A stretch of 32,000 bases of DNA from Candidatus Jordarchaeales archaeon (GTDB lineage: Archaea > Asgardarchaeota > Jordiarchaeia > Jordiarchaeales > Freyrarchaeaceae). Below, one piece after another: positions 8,460 to 16,545 of this stretch (position 1 is its first letter; each line of letters opens with the position of its first letter). Location of the stretch: contig JAWAHN010000001.1 in NCBI GenBank assembly GCA_038889235.1, forward strand, positions 60,001 through 92,000. The letters are read 5' to 3'. The position numbers and the translations under genes were made by a program. The notes under the pieces were generated by a model. It worked only from the letters and a program-made list of their open reading frames with translations, did not search any database and was not told where the DNA came from.

Positions 8460-9728
8460 TTGAAGAGCACGGTCTCTCGCTACGCCAATGCTAAACTATT
8501 AACCTTGTACTTTGCGGGGTTCGTGGGCCCCCTATCCGCTAACACTGTTTTAGCTCTTGTTCCAGTTTTAGAGACAACTTTCGGAGTCGATGTCGGAACA
8601 GTTCTTCTAGCGATACCTTCCCTAATGCTTCCCTTTGCCTTCTTCCAGCTTTTCAGCGGAGCTCTCTCGGATAATTACGGTAGGAGACGCATGCTAGCCT
8701 TAGGCTTCCTTATTTACGGGTCCGGGCTCTTAGTTATAGGGTTCAGCCCGAAGTTCGGCTTTTGGTCCTTTCTCTTGGCAAGGTTCGTGTGCGGAGTGGG
8801 CTACGCGTTCATAGGGCCAGTCCTCCCCGCAGCCATAGGAGATCTCACCGAGTTCAATTATAGAGGGAAGGTTATGGGGATCTATTCGTCGGTTAACACG
8901 TCAGCCATAGCTCTCGGACCGCTGCTCGCCGGCTTTTTCGCCCACTCATGGTGGAACATATACTTTGCGATAAGCGCCATGGCATACACCTCAATGCTTC
9001 TAGTCTGGTTCACTTTAAAAGATTCCAAGCCCAGGAACAACAACTACACGCTTAAACAGGCTTTTTTAGACCTAAGGGAAGTCTGCGTTCTGAAGAGCGC
9101 GATTGCACTGAGCGCTGCCGGCTTCATGGGATTTTTCAGCTTCATGGGCGTTAACTCGTTCGTCTCCGATGCGCTCTCACGTCCACCATTCAACTTCCAG
9201 CCGAGCACTGTGGGCCTGATACTCTCGGTGGGTGGGGGTATAGGCATAGTTCTCTCCCCGGTAAGCGGCTACCTGACCGACAGGTTTGGAAGAGGGAGAA
9301 TAGCATACACCGGTTTAGCCACATGTATTTTCTCCTTGCTACTCATGCTGACCGCGAAAGACTTTGTGACTTTCATTACGTCGATGGCGTTGTTCGGCAT
9401 TGGGAGCAACCTTTTCTGGCTCCCCTTGAACGCTCTCTCAGTTGAACTTAAGCCGGAAAAGAGGGGGACTGTCTCGTCCCTGTTCAACAGCGTTAGATTC
9501 TTTGGCTACGCTCTCGCACCCTACTTTCTAACACCAATATACGAGGATTGGGGGACAGCAGTTCTTTCAGGTTTCCAGTTGGTAATTTTGTTAAGCATAG
9601 TGGTGGGGCTCGCAGTCATACCCATCGTCAGATACTTGGGGCGGCAGGAGCTACCGGAGCGCTTAAAGGCCCCTGAGGTGGAGAAGGCGGCGTTGCCAGA
9701 GGGAGAAAAGTTACCGCCAACCGTGTGA
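8460..9728 (+). CDS. MFS transporter (drug:H+ antiporter-like)
   Basis: About 12 TM; motif A-like SGALSDNYGRRR and GYLTDRFGRGR; RGKVMG and LGPLLAG. Confidence 0.92.
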   Translation: MKSTVSRYANAKLLTLYFAGFVGPLSANTVLALVPVLETTFGVDVGTVLLAIPSLMLPFAFFQLFSGALSDNYGRRRMLALGFLIYGSGLLVIGFSPKFGFWSFLLARFVCGVGYAFIGPVLPAAIGDLTEFNYRGKVMGIYSSVNTSAIALGPLLAGFFAHSWWNIYFAISAMAYTSMLLVWFTLKDSKPRNNNYTLKQAFLDLREVCVLKSAIALSAAGFMGFFSFMGVNSFVSDALSRPPFNFQPSTVGLILSVGGGIGIVLSPVSGYLTDRFGRGRIAYTGLATCIFSLLLMLTAKDFVTFITSMALFGIGSNLFWLPLNALSVELKPEKRGTVSSLFNSVRFFGYALAPYFLTPIYEDWGTAVLSGFQLVILLSIVVGLAVIPIVRYLGRQELPERLKAPEVEKAALPEGEKLPPTV

Positions 9729-9766
9729 GGTGAAAAGTAGGAGAGTCGTGTTTTAAAGGGGAATCT

Positions 9767-10009
9767 TCAGTTAGAGGTTTTCCTAGGCTTTAGAGCCCCG
9801 TAAAAACACCATTTAACACATTCGAAGCACCCCTTACATCCTGGCAGGAATTCTATGCTGACTTTAGTTCCAAGCCTTGAGACCTTTATCATAGACTTCG
9901 AGGGGCTGAAGAACCCGTAGTTCTTGAAGGAGCAGGCGAGCTGGCAGGACAGGCATGCCGTACACTTTTCGGGGTGAACTTCAATGGGTGTCTCCATCAG
10001 CCCACCCAA
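9767..10009 (-). CDS. Small 4Fe-4S dicluster ferredoxin
   Basis: CTACLSCQLAC and CKGCFECVKWC (two CxxCxxCxxxC motifs). The likely start is the ATG of METPIEV. Confidence 0.85.
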   Translation of the reverse strand: MGGLMETPIEVHPEKCTACLSCQLACSFKNYGFFSPSKSMIKVSRLGTKVSIEFLPGCKGCFECVKWCFYGALKPRKTSN

Positions 10010-10095
10010 CTCAAATCCGAAGCTGGCTACTGCAATTTACATTTCATACTGCGAAAATCTAATATGTTTTAGGCGGATTCAGCTTTAAAGGCTAA

Positions 10096-11031
10096 GTGCT
10101 TTTAGCTGGAAGGGGGTTTTCTTTGGACGAAGAATATGACGGAGCCTTGTGGTTTGCAAGCCTGCGAGGCGAGGGCAGAATTTTCATGATGAAGGTTAGA
10201 CCCGTCCACGTCAGGGTTTCCAAGTATCAGAGGATAGAGGTTTACGACTCGGACTACTATGGTAGGATCTTGGTTCTTAACGGAGAGATACAGCTCGCCT
10301 CCCGCTTCAACGCGTATATACACGAGAGCATGGTCCATCCGGCTTTACTCACACATCCAAATCCAAGGAAGGTGCTGATAATAGGTGGAGGGGACGGAGG
10401 TTCGACCACTGAGGCTTTGAAGCACGGAGTGGAGAGCGTGACGGTGGTTGAAATAGACGAGGAAGTAGTGAAGGTGGCTAGGGAGTTCCTGCCTGAGATA
10501 TCTTCAGGTTTCTCCGACCCGAGGGTTAGGCTGGTCTTCGACGACGGACGACACTTCCTCGAAGAGTGCGAAGAAAGGTTCGACGTGATAATAAACGACA
10601 TGTCCGACCCCGTTGGCCCAGCCAAGTCCGTCTTCACCGAGGAGTTCTTCAGACTGGTATACGAGCACTTAGAAGGCGACGGCTTGTTTGCGACACACGT
10701 TGAGTCACCAGACTCTTGTGAAGAATTCTTCTATAGGGCGATCGTCACATTGAAAGCTGTTTTCCCGCTCGTCAGGCCGTACAGAGTTTGGACGCCGCCG
10801 TACGCAGAGTACTGGGGGAGAGTGGTGGCCTCGAAGCTCTACGACCCCTTGAAGTTGAGCATTGGGGAGCTGGACGACAGAATAAGGAGTAGGAAAGTGG
10901 AATTACGGTGGCTGACCCCTGAACTCTATTTTTCGCTCTTCAACTCACTGTCCAAAGATGTCCTGGAGAAAATGGATTCTAGGTGGAAGCCTTTAACTGA
11001 CGCAGACTTCCCGAAGTTTAAAAGAAGGTGA
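10096..11031 (+). CDS. speE: Polyamine aminopropyltransferase (spermidine synthase family)
   Basis: SKYQRIEV, LNGEIQ, YIHESMVHP, IIGGGDGG, VEIDEEV, DDGRHFL and DVIINDMSDPVGPA. Confidence 0.93.
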   Translation: MLLAGRGFSLDEEYDGALWFASLRGEGRIFMMKVRPVHVRVSKYQRIEVYDSDYYGRILVLNGEIQLASRFNAYIHESMVHPALLTHPNPRKVLIIGGGDGGSTTEALKHGVESVTVVEIDEEVVKVAREFLPEISSGFSDPRVRLVFDDGRHFLEECEERFDVIINDMSDPVGPAKSVFTEEFFRLVYEHLEGDGLFATHVESPDSCEEFFYRAIVTLKAVFPLVRPYRVWTPPYAEYWGRVVASKLYDPLKLSIGELDDRIRSRKVELRWLTPELYFSLFNSLSKDVLEKMDSRWKPLTDADFPKFKRR

Positions 11032-11034
11032 AAA

Positions 11035-11406
11035 CTACACTTTACCGCGTAACAGTTCAGTCACATGCATAATCTTCTTTTCCCACTCTTTCCAGTCGCC
11101 CTTCCTCATAATCTTAACAAATTCTGCAGCGCTCATTGGAAGCTTGAAGAAATTGATGAAAGAGCTTATGAGGAGGTACAAGTAACTGTTAGCCACTATA
11201 GGGGAACCAATGTCTTCCATAACGGCATTATAGAAGATTTGAGGGTTTAGGAAAGTTTTAAAAATTACATCGTCAACAGAGCTGGCGCCAAGCCTTTCCT
11301 GAACTGATGAGAGGTACATGTAGAACCCTGGAATGGTTTTACTCGCCCACTCTGTAAAAGTTTTAAGAGCCTTTGAGAGAATTTCAGTGTCAATTCTGTC
11401 AGTCAT
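11035..11406 (-). CDS. Hypothetical all-helical protein (123 aa)
   Basis: Clean ORF filling the gap between speE and the radical SAM gene; amphipathic helices; no recognisable catalytic motif. Confidence 0.7.
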   Translation of the reverse strand: MTDRIDTEILSKALKTFTEWASKTIPGFYMYLSSVQERLGASSVDDVIFKTFLNPQIFYNAVMEDIGSPIVANSYLYLLISSFINFFKLPMSAAEFVKIMRKGDWKEWEKKIMHVTELLRGKV

Positions 11407-11668
11407 TGAAGGTCACACATTGAACAATAGTTAAAGCAATTTTTGCAATATGACGGTAATAAAAATTTTGGAAGAACATTATTTCTCTTTTTATAGTCCT
11501 AGCTTTTGGATTGAGGCTGAAAGGTCTTTGGCTGCTCATCAAGCTAGTCGCTTTCGTTTAAAGCTCTCCACTTTGAGTCGTTTTTGAGCAAGTTCCAGCG
11601 GAACTTCGTGCTTTTAAACCACCTGACATCTACTTGTCGTAGTTGGGGGGTTCTCCCGCTGTCTCGAG

Positions 11669-12643
11669 CTAGAGGGGGCATAGTGGGTCCGGGGTGGAGA
11701 ACGAGCCGTGCGTTAAGTATGATCTGGCCTTACACCCTCCCCTACAGGTTTGCTTGAAAGTGCAAGTTTTACATTTTCCAACTAGTTTTGAGACGTCTTT
11801 GAATTCCTTGTAGACCGGGTTGGCTCTCATCTTTCTCCAGGCTTGTTTTCCGCCCTCTTCCAGCACGTTCCCCAGCTTAAAGTCTAGGACGTCACAGAGG
11901 AGGACGTTTCCAAGGGGGTCTACGTCCATCGAGAGGTCGCTGCACGATCCCGGGTGGACGTACGGGGAGTTCACGAAGGCTTGAGCAAACGGCGTACACC
12001 ACAAGCTGACGGAAATGCCATTCTCCTCGGCTGCGTCCTCAACGCTCTTCACCGCTGATACAATGTTTGAAGGTGTAGGCATTAGGCGGACGCTAGCGTT
12101 CCCGGACGGTATGAGGGGTATCAGGGAGGCGTGATTGCTTCCGAGCTCTGCTGACAACCTAACGAAGTCGCCTGCTTCGTGGAAGTTTAGCGAAGTGATG
12201 GTCATAACCGGGTTAAATGGAACATCGCACTCCTTCAGGAAACGGGCTGCCGCCATGATTTTGTCCCAGGCACCTTGACCTCTTATGAGCTCGCATGTCT
12301 CTTTGGTGGCAGCGTCAAAGCTCAACGAAACATAGACGTCAAGCCTGTTTAGGCGTGCTGCAACTTCTCTGTCTAAGAGGCTTCCATTGGTGACTATTCC
12401 AACGTAGGGGCCCATATTCCTAATGTACCCTAGCAAGTGGAATATGTCGTCTCTGACTAGGGGTTCTCCCCCCGTGACTGAAATGAATCCTGGTCTTAGG
12501 CTAACCATCTCTTCTATAAGCCTTTCGGCTTCCCTTGTCCCAAGCTCAGCTGAAAATCTCCCCCGCACGTAGCAGTGAAAACAACTGCGGTTACACCTTG
12601 CGGTGCAAAGCCAAACAATAAATCCAGGACGCGCCGTAATCAC
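11669..12643 (-). CDS. Radical SAM protein with SPASM domain
   Basis: CTARCNRSCFHC (CxxxCxxC), TGGEPLV, TNGSLL and C-terminal CKTCTFKQTCRGGC...PDPLC; AGGAGG RBS. Confidence 0.93.
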   Translation of the reverse strand: MITARPGFIVWLCTARCNRSCFHCYVRGRFSAELGTREAERLIEEMVSLRPGFISVTGGEPLVRDDIFHLLGYIRNMGPYVGIVTNGSLLDREVAARLNRLDVYVSLSFDAATKETCELIRGQGAWDKIMAAARFLKECDVPFNPVMTITSLNFHEAGDFVRLSAELGSNHASLIPLIPSGNASVRLMPTPSNIVSAVKSVEDAAEENGISVSLWCTPFAQAFVNSPYVHPGSCSDLSMDVDPLGNVLLCDVLDFKLGNVLEEGGKQAWRKMRANPVYKEFKDVSKLVGKCKTCTFKQTCRGGCKARSYLTHGSFSTPDPLCPL

Positions 12644-12864
12644 CTATCCTCCTAAGGGAGAGCACTTACATCCTCTCACTAAACGGTTGAATTGAGGGTT
12701 TAAAATAGGTTTCTAGGAGGAACCAATTAGATCTCAGGCTGATTTTAGGCCTTCAACTCTTGCTTTAAGTGGTGACGGTGAGGTGAAAATGGTGTATGCA
12801 TTGTTGAAAAAGTTTAAACGGCACGCACCTTTTCTTATCTGTAACATGTCCACCCATTGAGGGG

Positions 12865-15800
12865 TTGGCCTTGGTTCTAGATGAGATTAAGAGGAAGTAT
12901 GGGTCGCTGTGTATCCTGGTTGGTGACGGCGGAACGGGTATAGCTGTCTTCACCGCTGGTAGTGCGGGAACAGACCCCGATATGACCGCTGCTCTCGTTT
13001 ACGGTCTGGAGCAAGCTATGAGGGAGCACTCAACGTCGGCTAGGGATGTCTTCTTCGGCGGCTTGTCCCCTCAAGGTGGGTTAAGCTGGTGCGTCAGAAA
13101 GGTCGACATTAGGGGTGAGAGTAGAGAGCTATACGTGGGCGTCATATTGTCTCCGGGTGAGATGTACACGTATGATGTTAACATACTTAACCAGGATGAC
13201 GAAAAAAGGGGGTGGTTCTTCAGGTTTTTAAGGGAAAGCTTGCTGAGTGAGGTCGCCGACGCTGTCGGGGGAGCGGCTGAAGAGGGTTTCGACAAGTTCC
13301 TTAGTAGTGGCCGGAAGCTTGGAGCATCGAAAGAGGTTAAACTGCTCAGGGGAGTCGACGAGTTAGGGGAGACGTACAAGATTCTCTCTAGGGCATATAA
13401 AAAGTTCCAGGAGAGGGAGGAGGGGGTCATGCTCGACGCTTTGACGCGTGAAGGAAAAAGGGTTGACGGGGAGAGAGTTGTTGCTGAGGCAGCTAGAGAG
13501 TTTCTTGAAGCAATCTTCGACGCGCAGGATGTAGATGACGAGGGGGGTGTTTTAGCCGCGCTAAGGGGATTTAGGGATGCTGATGAAGCTTTCACTCACG
13601 TGTGGCTTTCCTGTGCCGAGGCGCTCTGTGAAGCTAACCCGGCTTTCCTATTACTGGCTGGTGGAGAAGAGGAATACCTCGAACTCTTGAAGAGGGCACT
13701 GGAAGAGGCTCTAAAAAATTGGAGGAGTAGAGCGGCGAGAATATTGCTTGACAAGAGGTTTGGGGAGAGCTTCATATTGGATGGTAAAATTACAGTTAGC
13801 CGCGAGAAGCTTGGTGATGTAGGGAGCGTACTGGTTGAGGTAGCGTCAGGACTGGAAGAGGGGCTGCGCAAGAATTTCCCTCTTGTGGCTTTAACCTTCG
13901 AGGTGGCTGGAAGGGGACTTTTAGAGGAACTTGCCGACTACGTTTTCTCACTCGTTCAACATATCCAGGAGAATGTCTTCAGCAATTTCAAGACTAAGGT
14001 CCTTGAGGAGCTTAACGTGGAGAGAATTAGGCTGCTTTACCATGGTTTAACGTTCGAGGAGATTAAAGCAAAAGTTGAGGAATACGTATATGATCGTATG
14101 AGGGAGTTCGAGGAGCAGCTTTACTTCATCAGTAACCTGCTTGTGCTTTCAAGCCCCGTCTTAGAAAGAGCTGGGAGAGAGCTTAGAGATAACGTCTTGG
14201 AGAAGGTTGTCTCGACGGTTATGAAGGGAGAGGTTCCCGTTCTCCTCACAGCGATAAAGCACGTTAAGAGCGCTGTTAAGGACCTGAGGGGCAGGATTTT
14301 TTTGGACGTTGCGGAGGCGTTTCTAAAAGAGGCGGGTGGAGGAGTTATGGCAGCGTTGCCTGCGTTAGGATACATGTTAGAGGAGGCTGGAATGCTTGAC
14401 GCTTTCACCGGGAAGGTGAAGGCCACATGTGAGGAGATGAAGGCACCCCTCGACGTGGAGGGGATCACTGCTAGGCTTATGGAGAGGGGGGCGTTCCTGT
14501 CAGGGTGTGTTGAGGATATCCAGATAGCGGGGAGCGCTTTTATGAGGGGGCTTAAGAAGAGCATAGCTTCGTGGATAGGTAGGATCCTATTGGACGAGCA
14601 TGGCAGGCCGCCCGTTGTCAGGCTTTTGTACAACTCTTACCTTGACCTAGGTGCGAGGGTTAATGGCGCGCGGCTGGCGTTCAAGGTGTTGAGCACGATA
14701 GTCTCCGAGCTAAGAAGAGAGGGTGTTTTTGGAGCTAGAGAGTTAGCTGAGGCAGTTGAAGAGGTGTACGAAACTGTTGTGAAGGAGTTGAGGAGGTTTA
14801 AGGAGGAGGATAAAGCGAGAAAGCTACTTGATAAGGTTTCCAGGAAGGTTGGTGTATCTTTCAGCTCTGTGAAGCAGCTCTCGTCGTACCTAGCTAAGAG
14901 GAAGAGCACGGTTTGGGGTTGGGTGCTCGGGAAGGGTGAGGGAGATGTCATGCTGGTACCCCAGGTTTCGCTAGACCCCAATTACTTGGCTGCATTTTAC
15001 ACGAGGATTTCCGACGTGATCTCTGAGGATGTTTCTCTTTTCAGGGAGATTGTGTCGCTGCTTAAAGGCGCTGGTGTAAACGTTGAGGAAAAGGTTAGGG
15101 ACGCATTGAACCTCCTTGCTGGTGAAGCTAGGAAGCTTAAGGGGATGCGTGGTGTCAAGAGGAGAGTTGAGGAGCTTTTGAAGGAGAAAAGTGTGGGCAT
15201 CTTTAGGCGTCCCGAACCCTTCGAGGAAATTGTTGAAAGGTGGAGAGTTGACCCCTTCTTTGGGGGGCGTGAGGAGTTCTTGGAAGGTTATGTCAGCTGC
15301 ACTTTTTGGGAGGATAAGGATTTGGTGACTTTGCTCGTCGACCGCGCCATTAAGCGTCTCACAGGTCTTAAAGACGAATCCGAACTGGTAAACAAGGTTG
15401 CAGATTCTTTCAAGAGACAGAAGGAGACGTTTAAATTGGCGTTCAAAGTTCTATCTGAGCATTTCTCCCAGTTCACACAGTACTTAGAGTTGCAGAGTAT
15501 CCTAGTTGAACTCTCATTCCTCTCAAACAGCGAGGTTAAGTTCCTGAAGAAACTCGGCTACCCGGACCTCAAAATGGAGTTGAAGACAGTGGAGGAGAAG
15601 GCTGTTAGAGTTGAAGTAGAAGAGGGGAAGCCGTTCGTGGTTCTCGGAGAAGTTGACGGATCGTTTTTCCCAAGGGGTGGGGAGGACGTCAAAGAGTGCC
15701 TTAAAAACTTTGGAGAGTTTAAAGTTAAAAGCGGCGATTCAAAGCTCACTGTCTTATTTGAGCTGCCCGGCTTCGGGGGAGAGGTGGCCAATGTTGCCGA

Positions 15801-15957
15801 GGTAGCTAGAGCGAGCGCGTGGGAGACTTTCATGAAGGAAAACGAAGAGTACTTCAAGGTTTTCAGAGAGGTGTTGGGGCCTGTGGGTCCAGGGGCTCAG
15901 CAGGAGCTTGACATGTTGAAGGAATTCCTAAAATTTAACGTGTTTAAAGCCAAGTGA
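12865..15957 (+). CDS. Large (1030 aa) mostly alpha-helical protein with longin/Roadblock-like N-terminus
   Basis: N-terminal SLCILVGDGGTGIAVF...DPDMTAALVYGLEQAMRE...LYVGVILS resembles longin/Roadblock topology. The rest is E/K/L/R/A-rich amphipathic helices with no TM or enzyme motif. GAAAAAGTTTAAA (BRE/TATA-like) at about 12806-12818. Confidence 0.7.
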   Translation: MALVLDEIKRKYGSLCILVGDGGTGIAVFTAGSAGTDPDMTAALVYGLEQAMREHSTSARDVFFGGLSPQGGLSWCVRKVDIRGESRELYVGVILSPGEMYTYDVNILNQDDEKRGWFFRFLRESLLSEVADAVGGAAEEGFDKFLSSGRKLGASKEVKLLRGVDELGETYKILSRAYKKFQEREEGVMLDALTREGKRVDGERVVAEAAREFLEAIFDAQDVDDEGGVLAALRGFRDADEAFTHVWLSCAEALCEANPAFLLLAGGEEEYLELLKRALEEALKNWRSRAARILLDKRFGESFILDGKITVSREKLGDVGSVLVEVASGLEEGLRKNFPLVALTFEVAGRGLLEELADYVFSLVQHIQENVFSNFKTKVLEELNVERIRLLYHGLTFEEIKAKVEEYVYDRMREFEEQLYFISNLLVLSSPVLERAGRELRDNVLEKVVSTVMKGEVPVLLTAIKHVKSAVKDLRGRIFLDVAEAFLKEAGGGVMAALPALGYMLEEAGMLDAFTGKVKATCEEMKAPLDVEGITARLMERGAFLSGCVEDIQIAGSAFMRGLKKSIASWIGRILLDEHGRPPVVRLLYNSYLDLGARVNGARLAFKVLSTIVSELRREGVFGARELAEAVEEVYETVVKELRRFKEEDKARKLLDKVSRKVGVSFSSVKQLSSYLAKRKSTVWGWVLGKGEGDVMLVPQVSLDPNYLAAFYTRISDVISEDVSLFREIVSLLKGAGVNVEEKVRDALNLLAGEARKLKGMRGVKRRVEELLKEKSVGIFRRPEPFEEIVERWRVDPFFGGREEFLEGYVSCTFWEDKDLVTLLVDRAIKRLTGLKDESELVNKVADSFKRQKETFKLAFKVLSEHFSQFTQYLELQSILVELSFLSNSEVKFLKKLGYPDLKMELKTVEEKAVRVEVEEGKPFVVLGEVDGSFFPRGGEDVKECLKNFGEFKVKSGDSKLTVLFELPGFGGEVANVAEVARASAWETFMKENEEYFKVFREVLGPVGPGAQQELDMLKEFLKFNVFKAK

Positions 15958-16118
15958 ATAAGTCCAAACCGAGGGGTTCTAAAAAGCCGCCTTCAGCCAC
16001 ACTTTTCGGAATAGTTTTGGAAAAGGACGTTTTTTAAGCAAAAAGAGCCTATTCTTTCAAGTCGTGAATGGTTCTTGGTTCCTTTACCACCATGGCCTTG
16101 AACAATCCCGGTCGTGTG

Positions 16119-16478
16119 TTAAGGGGGTTTCTTTTTGGAGGCGGGGACGAAACCTTCGGACAGTATATTGAAGAGGCATTGCGTGCATAGCGACGGGTCT
16201 ACGAACACTAGTTTTACCGCGTTGTAGACTTCGCTAAAGACCTTGCCCTTGACTTTTCTTCCCTTAATCTTCACGTGCTTTCCCGTTGATGGGCAGAGTA
16301 GATACCCGTCTTTTCCTTCAATAACGGCGTTGTAACAGATTTTTTGCTCTCCAGAGAGAGAGCGAAATTCCTTGCTGTTCACGAGAAAAACTTCTGTGAG
16401 TTCTGCTTCGTTAAGGCAGAAACTGTTATCGCTGTCGCGTAACAGGCATGGGCAGCCGCTATAGATTTTAATGTCCAA
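16119..16478 (-). CDS. Small Cys-rich hypothetical protein (possible metal binding)
   Basis: GGAGG RBS before the TTG start; seven Cys including CPC and CTQC; co-oriented with and 67 bp downstream of the Trx-V4R gene. Confidence 0.7.
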   Translation of the reverse strand: MDIKIYSGCPCLLRDSDNSFCLNEAELTEVFLVNSKEFRSLSGEQKICYNAVIEGKDGYLLCPSTGKHVKIKGRKVKGKVFSEVYNAVKLVFVDPSLCTQCLFNILSEGFVPASKKKPP

Positions 16479-16545
16479 CTAGATGCCTCCAGGTATTCAG
16501 CGCTCTTATTTTACGAGCTAAGGGACTATAAAGATTCTAAGAAAA

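Noticed and set aside
12789-12860. 23-codon uORF (MVYALLKKFKRHAPFLICNMSTH) with a strong GAGGTG RBS upstream of the 1030-aa gene
   Set aside because: It overlaps a BRE/TATA-like GAAAAAGTTTAAA that better explains the region as the promoter of the large gene; no homology evidence.
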